Source: a virus
Taxonomy: Duplodnaviria; Heunggongvirae; Uroviricota; Caudoviricetes
Strand: one strand, 5' to 3'
Length of the DNA: 64,000 nt
Virus record (IMG/VR): IMGVR_UViG_3300042889_001305
The translations under genes were made by a program, and so were the position numbers. Positions 8,460 to 17,856 of the stretch are shown here, piece by piece (positions within the stretch are counted from its first letter, which is position 1; every line of letters begins with the position of its first letter). The notes beneath the pieces were generated by a model, which was given only the letters and a program-made list of their open reading frames with translations, was not told the DNA's origin and ran no database searches.

Positions 8460-10100
8460 CTAGATTGAAGCCAAATCTTTAACATAAATCTTACCATAGA
8501 ATTCTGGACGGACCATCTTCTTAGCGTAACGAGTCATAACACCACGACGAGGCGTGAAGTTAGATGGGTCGTACACTAATGGAGTCATAATCAATGGTAC
8601 ATATGGAGCATAAACCGCACCAGTCTCAAGGAAGTTACTTCCTTTGAATCCTAATAAGATTTCGTTAGAAGTCATATAAGGGTTCTTGTAAACTGTGTAA
8701 CGAGATGCCAAAGAACCTACTTGAGATACACCAGCTGCGAAAGATGTAGCATCTTTATCCGCGTTAACTGAGAAACCAGGAATTGATTCTAAGATAGTAC
8801 AAACATCTGGAGATGCAACGATGAAGTTAGCACCACCACGAAGAGTTAATTGATGAATCTTGTTAGAAACTTTGTTCAATTTAACACCTAATGTTTGGAA
8901 CCATGTATTTTTTTGGTAAGCCAATGAATTGTTACCTGCTGACCAACTACCATCTTGAGAGTTAAACTCTTCACCAATTGTTGCTGACCAATATTCAGTT
9001 GTTAACGCGTTAGACTTTAACATATCTAAGATTTCTAAGTCAATCTCTAAAGAGATATACTCAGATAACATAGAAGTTAATTCAGCCTCAGCATCGATTG
9101 AATGGTATGCATTCAAATCTTGTGCCAATTCCGGTGTCCATACTGCTTTCAACTTACGAGTCTTAGCAACGATTGCCTCAGAACGTAATTCTAAGTCAAC
9201 TTCAGGAATACCTAAATCAGATGCTGGTTCAGAGATACCACCTGCTTGTGTACCATCTTCGAAATCACCACGTGTGTTTGAAGTTGGAGCTTTTGAATAC
9301 TGAACTTCTAAAGATTTTACAGCACTTGCAGATGTTACTTTACCATAGAATACGATATTTGAACCTGAAATTCTTGTTTGACCAGGATAGTATAAATCAG
9401 CTGCTGAAAAAGCAGGTGATTGAACTGCAAATGAACGTACTGCTTCTACATCTAAACTTGGTAATTCTGATGTTGCAGTAACGAATCTTTTAAGAGTACC
9501 AGCTGCTACTGAAGCAGATAAAGCTGCATCGTATCCAACTTCTTGCCAGTTTGCAGAACCAGTTGTTACAGCAGATGCTGCAATTGATTCACTAACATTG
9601 TTAACTGTGTATCCGTAACGTCCTTCACCATAAAGACCGTTTACAGCTGATTTAGTTCTACCATATTCAGAATCAAATGTTGAAGTACCATTACCACCGA
9701 AAAGTGATTTACCTGCGTTAGCAGCATTGAATGCTGGGTTACCATTTACACTTGTTCCGTATTTGAAATCTAGATAGAATATAAGACCTGAAGGTAAGTT
9801 CATTGGTTGAACTGAAACGAATTCTTTCGCTGCAATTTCACCAAAGATTCTTCTTACTAATGGTAAAGCTACGCCAGACCATTCTTCAGAACCTGCTGAA
9901 GTACCAGTTGCGGTAGCTTCATCCAATAATTGTTTCGCTTGGTTCTCTAATAGAACTGCGATTTGAGATTGCTCTCTTTCTTTTAAACCTTCTAAAAGAC
10001 CAGTTGCTTCCCATTTGCTTTTCAATTGACGTGTTTCAGCCAACATTACCGCTTGTGGGTTCTTGCCTTCCATAAGTTTAGATAAATTAAAATTTGCCAT
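8460..10100 (-). CDS. gp23: major capsid protein (T4 gp23 family)
   Basis: VSVQPMNLPSGLIFYL, TRKLKAVWTPELAQDLNAYHSIDAEAEL, YAPYVPL and GVMTRY motifs; 546 aa. Confidence 0.97.
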   Translation of the reverse strand: MANFNLSKLMEGKNPQAVMLAETRQLKSKWEATGLLEGLKEREQSQIAVLLENQAKQLLDEATATGTSAGSEEWSGVALPLVRRIFGEIAAKEFVSVQPMNLPSGLIFYLDFKYGTSVNGNPAFNAANAGKSLFGGNGTSTFDSEYGRTKSAVNGLYGEGRYGYTVNNVSESIAASAVTTGSANWQEVGYDAALSASVAAGTLKRFVTATSELPSLDVEAVRSFAVQSPAFSAADLYYPGQTRISGSNIVFYGKVTSASAVKSLEVQYSKAPTSNTRGDFEDGTQAGGISEPASDLGIPEVDLELRSEAIVAKTRKLKAVWTPELAQDLNAYHSIDAEAELTSMLSEYISLEIDLEILDMLKSNALTTEYWSATIGEEFNSQDGSWSAGNNSLAYQKNTWFQTLGVKLNKVSNKIHQLTLRGGANFIVASPDVCTILESIPGFSVNADKDATSFAAGVSQVGSLASRYTVYKNPYMTSNEILLGFKGSNFLETGAVYAPYVPLIMTPLVYDPSNFTPRRGVMTRYAKKMVRPEFYGKIYVKDLASI

Positions 10101-10134
10101 TTTATTTTTTCTCCTTTGGGGTTGTTTTTTTTGT

Positions 10135-11250
10135 TTATTTAATATTTGCTAATTTCTTGAAACGTTCTGCCATAGAATTGCTTTCTGCTATAATTGTTTT
10201 TGGAGCAGTTGAAGCAACTTTTTTCGATGCGAATGATTCATTCATTTTAGTTTGTTGTTTTACCTTCTTAGCAGTTCCACCAATTTTCATTGATTCAGCT
10301 AATGTAGAGAAAACTAATTTTACTTCTCTAACGTTTTGAGTTCTATCTAAAGTTTCAACAACTTTATGTTTTTGCTCATTAGTTAAATCGTAAGAACGGA
10401 ATAATTTGTTAGTATACAATAATTTTGCATTTAACAAGTTTACTTCGTTGATTGTAGATTTCAAAGATTTGATAACTTTGTATGCTTCTTCTAAATCAGC
10501 TTGTAATTCAGCTTTTTCTTCATCAGCACCTTCTTTCATTTCCTCTTCTTCACCTTCCATTTTTTCGTCATCACCATAACCCATTTCACGTAAGATTTCG
10601 TCTAAGTCGATTTCTTCGTCTTCTTCGGATACTGGTTCTGCTTTTTCGTCACCTTCTGCAAAAGCTTCTGGTTTTTCTTCCTCTTCAACATACTCAGGTT
10701 TTTCAGATTCGAATTTTGCTTCGCCTTTTTCATCACCTTCTTCTGTCATTGGGTCGTTTTTACCATCTAACTCTTGTTCTAGTTCTCTGATAATTTCTTC
10801 TAAATCGAAATCATCTTCATCCATAGGTTCTGCTTTTTCTTCTTCAGCGATTGCGCCAGTTGGGTCGTCGTTAACACCATCACCATTTTCATCTTCATCA
10901 GATTCTGCGATTGTGTTGTTTTCGTCTTCTTTACCTGGTTCTGCTGTTTCTTTGTCAGTATCACCTAATTCTGTGTGTGCATCAGTTGAGATACCCTGTG
11001 GGTCTTTGTTCTCAACATCGCCAAATTTTGTGCTGTCTGCATCCGATGTGTCATCTGCACCATACTCTTCAGTTACATCTGCTGTCTCATCTTCTTCACC
11101 TTCCATTTCGGCTGTGATTTTCTTAGATAAGATAGATTGTAAACGTGGAGTAAAAGCTTCCTCTAATGCGATTTTAGCATTAGCGATTGCAGTTTCACGT
11201 ACGGCTTTAGCATCAGCAATTGCATCTTTCAACAATTTTGAATTTGCCAT
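10135..11250 (-). CDS. prohead scaffold/core protein
   Basis: Very acidic 371-aa protein immediately upstream of the capsid gene; LKDAIADAKAVRETA, NLLNAKLLY and RFKKLANI segments; many [ILVM]xE sites. Confidence 0.8.
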   Translation of the reverse strand: MANSKLLKDAIADAKAVRETAIANAKIALEEAFTPRLQSILSKKITAEMEGEEDETADVTEEYGADDTSDADSTKFGDVENKDPQGISTDAHTELGDTDKETAEPGKEDENNTIAESDEDENGDGVNDDPTGAIAEEEKAEPMDEDDFDLEEIIRELEQELDGKNDPMTEEGDEKGEAKFESEKPEYVEEEEKPEAFAEGDEKAEPVSEEDEEIDLDEILREMGYGDDEKMEGEEEEMKEGADEEKAELQADLEEAYKVIKSLKSTINEVNLLNAKLLYTNKLFRSYDLTNEQKHKVVETLDRTQNVREVKLVFSTLAESMKIGGTAKKVKQQTKMNESFASKKVASTAPKTIIAESNSMAERFKKLANIK

Positions 11251-11400
11251 TTGTTTTCTTCCTTTACTTTTTTTTCTGAAAATATTGAGTGATTTTCAAT
11301 CGAATTGATTAAGTTAGTTGTTCGGTGACCTCACATAAGGGTGGGTATTCATTAACCAACGGGATAAAATTAAACCTACATTGAGTAGGTTATTATAGAA

Positions 11401-11408
11401 ATAAATAT
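11401..11408 (-). promoter_or_regulatory. putative late promoter ATATTTAT (head operon)
   Basis: Same octamer is intergenic and sense-oriented at 6279, 11789, 18749, 20561, 27863, 48645, 49746 and 58400 (minus) and 58427 (plus). Confidence 0.55.
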
Positions 11409-11448
11409 ATAAATGTTTACGAAACCGCAAAATTTATGTAAAATATTT

Positions 11449-11751
11449 TTAATCTCTTGAGGTGTCTTTATCTGATTGAGGTGTTTTTTTACTAACTTTC
11501 TTTTTCTTTTTAGTAAAAAACCTAATCGTTCTATCACCATCTGCAATCTTACTGAGAGCAACTCTTTTTTGCTCTTCTCTGATTGCCTTTTGTTTTTGTA
11601 ATCTTCTTTTTGTAGTAGGTTTAACGTATTCCTTTCTTTCTCTTAGTTCTAAGAGGTGTCCAGATTCCATAACCTTTTTTTTGAATTTTTTTAAAGCCTT
11701 TGCAATGTCTCCATTACGAACTTCGACTGTAATCCTTGCTAATCCGCTCAT
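11449..11751 (-). CDS. rpsU: phage-encoded 30S ribosomal protein bS21 with basic C-terminal extension
   Basis: VEVRNGDIAKALKKFKKKV...LELRERKEYVKPTTKRR matches the bS21 signature. Confidence 0.9.
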   Translation of the reverse strand: MSGLARITVEVRNGDIAKALKKFKKKVMESGHLLELRERKEYVKPTTKRRLQKQKAIREEQKRVALSKIADGDRTIRFFTKKKKKVSKKTPQSDKDTSRD

Positions 11752-11808
11752 TAATTGTATTTAAATTGTGTTTGTAACTTATTTGGTAATAAATATGTCT
11801 TTTATAAA

Positions 11809-13368
11809 TTATTTGCTTAAAAGGAACAATGCTTCTTCAGCTTCTTGTTGATTTTTAATCTTTGGGTCTTTATACATATCTACTTTATATCCTCTTAACG
11901 CATTTGATAAGAATATCATATACTTAGGATGTCCTAATTTTTCTTCTAATGTAGAAAGTGAATCATAGAATGATTGTTCATTTCCTTTATTCATTTTTTC
12001 TGCTGCTTTGAATTCTTCTTTATGTTTATCAATATATGATGCAGTTGAATCTTTATATCCATATGCTGCTTCTTTATTTATTTTTTTACCTGCAGCCACT
12101 GCATCTTTATATGCATCCGAATTTTTATGTGCCGGTGCTTCGCCTCTAGCTTTTTTAGCTCGGATATTTGCCCAAAGACCAGGTTTTTCTTCTTTTATAG
12201 ATTCTTTGAATAGATTTGTAATTATTCCACCTGAAACGTAATCAGGTAACATTTTTTCTAAATCTTTATGGGATACTTTACCCATTTTTTCAACTTTATC
12301 TGCGAAAGCCTTAGTTGATTGATTTTTTCTCATTTTATTTGCAATGAGTTTTGCATCAACTTTTTTATCAGAAACTTCTTCGTTTACGGATTCTGTTTCT
12401 AATTCATTTGCAGGTACTTCAATTGAATAGTATTGGCCAATATCTACGATATAAAATGGAGAACCGGGTGTTTTACCATCAAAACGAACAATTTTACCAG
12501 ATTTACCGCCACGAAGTTTTACTTTTGTTCCTGGTTTTAAAATTGGTTTTGCTTCTTCGTTTACTTTACCACAATCAACACAATTAGTTTTAGATTCTTC
12601 TAATGGCCATTGTTTCAACCACTTTAACCACTCTTTAGTATTCCAATCGTTTCTTTGTCTTGCATCTACTTTCCAGTATTTTGCAAATACATCTTTTAAT
12701 TCTGATTTGTAATTAGCAAAACCGGGTATTTTAGATGTAATGTTTACAAATTCATTTGCACTAGCGTAATGTTCCATTGAGTTAGATAACATATCTACTA
12801 ATGCTAACATTGCTTTATCATTACCTAACGCTTCGTTTACTGATTCATTCTTTGGAACACAATTAGGAACTTGAGCACCACCTTTACCTGGTTTCATTCC
12901 TATCATCTCATATCCTTTCCAACATGGGTCTTTCTCCCCACCTTGTAATTTACCATCTTCTCTCAATCCCAAACGTTCTCTCATTTGTTCTTCAGAAATT
13001 TCACCAATTTTATAGTAACGAGATAGGATATGTCCCATATCTTCGTATAATCCATGTAATCTTTGGTCTAAGTTCTTTGCTTCTATTGCAACTTGGTCGA
13101 ATGATTTACCTAATTTGGTTAATTCATTCATATTACGTTTAACAGTATGTGCATCAAACCAATCATCTGCTTCGTTTACCGCCAATTCTCTAGCTGCATC
13201 GGTAATGCCACCTAAAGTTTCTGCTATCTCAGTAATATCTGATTTTCTATCCATCATTTCTTGATACTTGTTGTATGTAGAAACGATTTCTAAGAAATGT
13301 TTTTTTACTTCGTTAGAAAATCTTTTTGGTTCTTCACCTTCTTTAACTATCTTTGATAAACGTATCAT
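11809..13368 (-). CDS. modular head-associated (internal) polyprotein
   Basis: N-terminus MIRLSKIVKE; modules (DPCWKGY...VPNCV, KOW-like, GLWANIRAKK) separated by ESVNE/ESIKE. Confidence 0.6.
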   Translation of the reverse strand: MIRLSKIVKEGEEPKRFSNEVKKHFLEIVSTYNKYQEMMDRKSDITEIAETLGGITDAARELAVNEADDWFDAHTVKRNMNELTKLGKSFDQVAIEAKNLDQRLHGLYEDMGHILSRYYKIGEISEEQMRERLGLREDGKLQGGEKDPCWKGYEMIGMKPGKGGAQVPNCVPKNESVNEALGNDKAMLALVDMLSNSMEHYASANEFVNITSKIPGFANYKSELKDVFAKYWKVDARQRNDWNTKEWLKWLKQWPLEESKTNCVDCGKVNEEAKPILKPGTKVKLRGGKSGKIVRFDGKTPGSPFYIVDIGQYYSIEVPANELETESVNEEVSDKKVDAKLIANKMRKNQSTKAFADKVEKMGKVSHKDLEKMLPDYVSGGIITNLFKESIKEEKPGLWANIRAKKARGEAPAHKNSDAYKDAVAAGKKINKEAAYGYKDSTASYIDKHKEEFKAAEKMNKGNEQSFYDSLSTLEEKLGHPKYMIFLSNALRGYKVDMYKDPKIKNQQEAEEALFLLSK

Positions 13369-13378
13369 TTATTATCTC

Positions 13379-14650
13379 CTATTTTACTAATTTTGCTAAT
13401 TTTATTGATTCTGATTTAAATGGATTAAATAATCCTCTATTATTTACTTCCTTTTCAGTAGATGGTGCAACTTTTGCATTTTGTTGGTGTTTGTTCTTTA
13501 TTGGATTATATTTTTCCAATTCATCAACATTAACATTACCATCTGCATCGGTCTTAACCTCACCCGATTTATCATCACCCATTCTTACAATACCAACTGT
13601 CTTAGTTCTTTTGTTATAAACTAAATCATCTTTTTTGAATTTACCTTCCTTTACCATTTTAGTTAAAGAAATTCTACCTTCATTCTTTTTAACTGGCTCA
13701 TATCCCCTGTCAACTTTATCTTTTTTCTTAGCATCAGAGTCTTGTACACCCGGTTCATTTGGTTCATTATCATCAAAATCTATTGTATCCTTTTCAGCAG
13801 GAGTTCCCATTTGTTTACCATACATAGATGTAACATGATGTTGATTAAAATCTTGTTCTGCTTCACTATCTTCAGTATTAGAAAGACCTGTATTAAAATG
13901 TTTAGGTTCGTCTTCATTAACCATTTTGGTCAAAGAAATTCTACCTTCATTCTTCATATATGGTTTATTATCAAATACTGATTGAATTAAATCCGCTTCT
14001 TTATGAAATCCATTCATCCTTAATGTAAATGCTATACCATCTGCTGCATCGACTCCGTCCCATCCTGATGCTTGTGATACATCCGTACCATAATCATCAA
14101 TCTCACCAGTTCCGTTCATATAAACCGAACCATCTGCCGAATTCTTACGAATATCATCCATTTTCTCTTTATACTTAGGGTCTTTGATTGATGGGTATTC
14201 AGGTTTCTTTGCAAACTCAGGTTTCCCTTCAATTGCTGCCACTAATTCTCTTGCTTCACTATGGAAGTTTGAATCAGTTAGTGCAGAAACTGCTGCTTGA
14301 AACATTGCTTCTTTATATTTTTCATTACCCAACTTTTGTGGAGTAATTCCTGATTTCTCAGCTAATTTCTTAGCATCTTTATTTACTTTTGGATTACCTG
14401 GTCTTTTCTTTTTAGGTTCTGATGTTGGTGTATCAGCTTTAGGTTCTTCTGCAGGAGTATTAAATATATTTGCAGTTGGTGTAGATGCCTTTTTAGAAGT
14501 ATCACCCCCTTTACCATCTGCTTTTGAGTGAGTTCCTGCTTTGATTGCAGAATCTCTACTATCCTTTGATTTGAACACCGATGTTTTACCGGTCTTCTTA
14601 TTAGTAGCAGTAAACGTTTCTTCGTTAAGTAAATTATTTAATTTAATCAT
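13379..14650 (-). CDS. modular head-associated (internal) polyprotein
   Basis: N-terminus MIKLNNLLNE; internal KNEGRISLTKMV(N/K)E repeated twice (near-identical DNA around 13654 and 13921); ends ESIKLAKLVK. Confidence 0.6.
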   Translation of the reverse strand: MIKLNNLLNEETFTATNKKTGKTSVFKSKDSRDSAIKAGTHSKADGKGGDTSKKASTPTANIFNTPAEEPKADTPTSEPKKKRPGNPKVNKDAKKLAEKSGITPQKLGNEKYKEAMFQAAVSALTDSNFHSEARELVAAIEGKPEFAKKPEYPSIKDPKYKEKMDDIRKNSADGSVYMNGTGEIDDYGTDVSQASGWDGVDAADGIAFTLRMNGFHKEADLIQSVFDNKPYMKNEGRISLTKMVNEDEPKHFNTGLSNTEDSEAEQDFNQHHVTSMYGKQMGTPAEKDTIDFDDNEPNEPGVQDSDAKKKDKVDRGYEPVKKNEGRISLTKMVKEGKFKKDDLVYNKRTKTVGIVRMGDDKSGEVKTDADGNVNVDELEKYNPIKNKHQQNAKVAPSTEKEVNNRGLFNPFKSESIKLAKLVK

Positions 14651-14669
14651 TAGTTGATGTTCCTATATT

Positions 14670-15110
14670 TTAAAATCCTATTGAGACCGTTTTGTTGTCA
14701 AATTCTATCCAACGTATTTTTAGTGAAATTAATAATTTCAAATCACTAACATCCATTCTCCAATTTTTTTCTGCCATTTCAATATCAGCGATATTACCAT
14801 GAATACCATCCCAAATTGTAATAACTTTACCATTAAAGAATTTTAAGAATTGTTGTACTTGTTTTTGTTTAGCAGCATCTAATTCTTTTAATTCAATTTC
14901 CGATGCTTCTTTAATTACCCTTTTAGTTTCAGTTAATACAGTTTTATGTGTATAAAGGTCTAACTTACCATCGGCTTTAATCTTAACCTCATAGTTAGTC
15001 TTACGAATATCGTTATGACCACCCTTAAAAGGTGTATCACCAACTTCTTTCTTAATACTACCCATTTCTATTTTGTTATCTCTTAGATAATCTTGTATTG
15101 AAAATGCCAT
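14670..15110 (-). CDS. head-module hypothetical protein
   Basis: 146 aa; AAAGGA upstream; contains VLTE/VIKE sites. Confidence 0.6.
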   Translation of the reverse strand: MAFSIQDYLRDNKIEMGSIKKEVGDTPFKGGHNDIRKTNYEVKIKADGKLDLYTHKTVLTETKRVIKEASEIELKELDAAKQKQVQQFLKFFNGKVITIWDGIHGNIADIEMAEKNWRMDVSDLKLLISLKIRWIEFDNKTVSIGF

Positions 15111-15120
15111 ATTGTATCCT

Positions 15121-15720
15121 TTATGCTAATTCAGTAATGATTTCTCTCATAAGGTCTTGTGCCTTACAATACTCACCACAAACTATAGCTTGTTCTTTTA
15201 ATTGTCTATTTACTGATTCGTTCATCGTAACCGGTGTCATAAATGCACCATGTGTAGATGGGTTAGAAACAAAATCCCAACCAATCAGTTCAAAATCATC
15301 ACCCACTTTTACTTTACCTTCGCCAATGTTAACTACCGAACCCATACCACGAGAGGAAATACCCAAAAGGATACCTGCTCTTAATAATTCTTTTAAGATG
15401 TTACCGGATGGAGTTGGTAAAATTTCTACTGTCCCACAAAGGTCATCACCTTCCCAATGAATTTCTTTTACGTTATGTGAAACATTCTTTAAATTGATAA
15501 TACCAGAATCTGGGTGGTCTAATTCCCCTAATGCACGTCTTTCTTTAATAAGAACTTCGTATTTCTTTGCTTCACGCATTAGGATTTCTTTAGGGTATAT
15601 ACGACCATTTTGGTTTTCTGCAACCGCTCTTTGAAGAATACCTTTAACTAAGGTTCTACCACTTGAATCTTCATTCAATTTTCCTTCAAATAATGTTGTT
15701 TCTATTAATAAATTTTTCAT
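15121..15720 (-). CDS. gp21: prohead core protease (T4 gp21 family)
   Basis: NQNGRIYP, RALGELDHP, GISSRGMGS and DFVSNPS motifs; start taken at MKNLLIE, coupled to the upstream stop codon (TAATG). Confidence 0.95.
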   Translation of the reverse strand: MKNLLIETTLFEGKLNEDSSGRTLVKGILQRAVAENQNGRIYPKEILMREAKKYEVLIKERRALGELDHPDSGIINLKNVSHNVKEIHWEGDDLCGTVEILPTPSGNILKELLRAGILLGISSRGMGSVVNIGEGKVKVGDDFELIGWDFVSNPSTHGAFMTPVTMNESVNRQLKEQAIVCGEYCKAQDLMREIITELA

Positions 15721-15896
15721 TATGCTCCCCAAGTTTTTCTCTTTTTAAAGAGGTCAAAAAATATTGCAGATACTTCTCTACGAATGATATCACGAATAAG
15801 TTTTTCATCCTCAGTTGTGATTTCTTCTTTGACGATACCCCATTTTACTTTGGTTATCTCTTCGTTAATGATATCTAACAATCTTTTTCGTGTCAT
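15720..15896 (-). CDS. 58-aa hypothetical protein missing from the ORF track (MTRKRLLDIINEEITKVKWG...KRKTWGA)
   Basis: Hand-translated; fills the gap exactly and its TAA overlaps the gp21 ATG. Confidence 0.75.
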   Translation of the reverse strand: MTRKRLLDIINEEITKVKWGIVKEEITTEDEKLIRDIIRREVSAIFFDLFKKRKTWGA

Positions 15897-15898
15897 TG

Positions 15899-16357
15899 TT
15901 ATTTTTTCTTTACTGATTCTACTATATGTAGAACAAAATCACCATTACCATTTGATTTTACTACTTTATATTCCTTTTTCTTACCACCGGAATTAATAGT
16001 AATTTTTTCACCCACTTTAAGTGCGTTTTTATCACCAGTTTTTAATATAGCAGGTCCATCGTAATCTTCGTTTACTTTTTTACCAGCTCTTAAATCTGCT
16101 AAATCATCACTACCGATATCACCATCTTTATCAACATCTAATTTCTTTTGACCGCCCACTAATTCTTCATTCTTCTCGCCCTTACCATTCCATGCTGCAT
16201 CAATTTTATCAAAGAATGCTTTCTTTTCTTCATCTGACATAGATGGAATTGATTTTCCAGCTTTATCTAATGCTTTTTGAAAGAATTCCTGATATTCATT
16301 TTCTTCAGTCATTACTCCTTTGATGATTTCTTTTAATCTTGTACGTGATATTTTCAT
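15899..16357 (-). CDS. head-associated protein with EF-hand/dockerin-like loop
   Basis: 152 aa; LDVDKDGDIGSDDLADLR; N-terminus MKISRTRLKEIIKGVMTE. Confidence 0.6.
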   Translation of the reverse strand: MKISRTRLKEIIKGVMTEENEYQEFFQKALDKAGKSIPSMSDEEKKAFFDKIDAAWNGKGEKNEELVGGQKKLDVDKDGDIGSDDLADLRAGKKVNEDYDGPAILKTGDKNALKVGEKITINSGGKKKEYKVVKSNGNGDFVLHIVESVKKK

Positions 16358-17856
16358 TATTTTTCTATCTCCTGTATTGTTTTCGCTATGTTGATTAATC
16401 GTTCCTTTATCTTATAAATATGTCCGTGCGTTCTTTTCCAAAATGTATCGGAACTCAATTCATTCATAGTCTTAATTTGATTATACCAACGGAAAAAAGT
16501 TTCAACCTCTTTTAATTGATATTTTAATTCTCTCAAACCAGTCGCTAACTTCTTATTAGCATGCATTGATTCATCATTTTTTAATTCTAACCAACGATTT
16601 ACCGGTCTTTGAATTCGTTTTCCCTCTGATAAACTCTCATCCATATGTTCCAAACCATATTTCATAATAGTTTTATCATCTAACATCTTACCATTAAGAG
16701 TAAACATACGTTTACCTTTATAATAAACTGACCAATTACCTTGTGGGGTTGCATCGACAGTGATATTCTTTAAATCCTTTATACTTCTATCATTAACTTG
16801 AATAGCATCTAAGAATTTTTCTGCTTTAGGGTCTAATGCTTCGTTTACTGATTCATTTGTTGATACAAATAATCTTACTGAAAGAATTACATCTTTATCT
16901 ATATTTAAACTTCTTACTTTATTTTTTTCTAAATCGTAAGCCGGATTGATTGTATTTGCTCTTGCAATTACACCATCTTTAATAAAATGTGGCTGTAATC
17001 CAGAGTAGTTATCATCTCTAAACATAAAAACATCTTTAGGAGAATCCTTAGATATTTTAATTATTTTCTTTAAACCTTCTTTACCAATAAAGCATCCACC
17101 TTCACATTTACTTCCACCATAAGTTTTACCTTTTTGTAATGATGCTTCGTTTACTGATTCAAATAATGCTCTGTCTCCACTAATATCCTGTTTATCAAAA
17201 TATGCTATTTTCTTTTTACCTTTTTCTATTTGATATACCTTCCATCCTTTGTTGGTTGGTTCAATTAGTTCTATCTCAATATTTGGATTATGTTTATGAG
17301 TAAGTTTATCTCCTGATTTATTTGCTTCGTTTACTGATTCTTTTAGTTTACTTACATAATCTGCTACAACATCATTAACTGTCTTTTGTATCAATTGTAA
17401 GTATTTTGGGTCATCTTCGGTTCGTACTCTTACAGCGGTTTTACCCTGTTGTGTTAATTTTAATGCTACCTTTCCATTAGCATGTGTTAAATTATAATGC
17501 CTAACATCTAATGTATAGTTTTTAAGTTTTTCTGCCATTTTTAAACCAACAGATACATCTGCATGACCTAATTTTTGTTGTGGTAAACTCGATGCGGGGG
17601 TTGTACTAATAATATAATCCGGTGATTTGAATTTTGCTTCATTTACCGATTCATCAATATTATTAATATCATTATTTACTAATGTATAACCGAATTGTGT
17701 TGCAGTTTTTTTTCTTTTTTTATCAGAATTTTTACCAGAAAAGGCATGAGGAGTATCATAGCCATCAACATTACCTGTCACATTGGCTTCATCTAATTCA
17801 TCTTCGACTTCCTTAATAAGTTCGTCTATAAAAGATTTAATATTTTTTTCTGACAT
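16357..17856 (-). CDS. modular head-associated polyprotein with four ESVNEA linkers
   Basis: 499 aa; LDE-ANVTGNVDGYDTPHAF N-terminal module; 4x ESVNEA plus ESLSE. Confidence 0.65.
   Translation of the reverse strand: MSEKNIKSFIDELIKEVEDELDEANVTGNVDGYDTPHAFSGKNSDKKRKKTATQFGYTLVNNDINNIDESVNEAKFKSPDYIISTTPASSLPQQKLGHADVSVGLKMAEKLKNYTLDVRHYNLTHANGKVALKLTQQGKTAVRVRTEDDPKYLQLIQKTVNDVVADYVSKLKESVNEANKSGDKLTHKHNPNIEIELIEPTNKGWKVYQIEKGKKKIAYFDKQDISGDRALFESVNEASLQKGKTYGGSKCEGGCFIGKEGLKKIIKISKDSPKDVFMFRDDNYSGLQPHFIKDGVIARANTINPAYDLEKNKVRSLNIDKDVILSVRLFVSTNESVNEALDPKAEKFLDAIQVNDRSIKDLKNITVDATPQGNWSVYYKGKRMFTLNGKMLDDKTIMKYGLEHMDESLSEGKRIQRPVNRWLELKNDESMHANKKLATGLRELKYQLKEVETFFRWYNQIKTMNELSSDTFWKRTHGHIYKIKERLINIAKTIQEIEK

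Noticed and set aside
8460-10100. Possible alternative genetic code (stop-codon recoding, as in some Bacteroidota phages)
   Set aside because: All conserved genes are full length in code 11, and the capsid gene ends at a TAG
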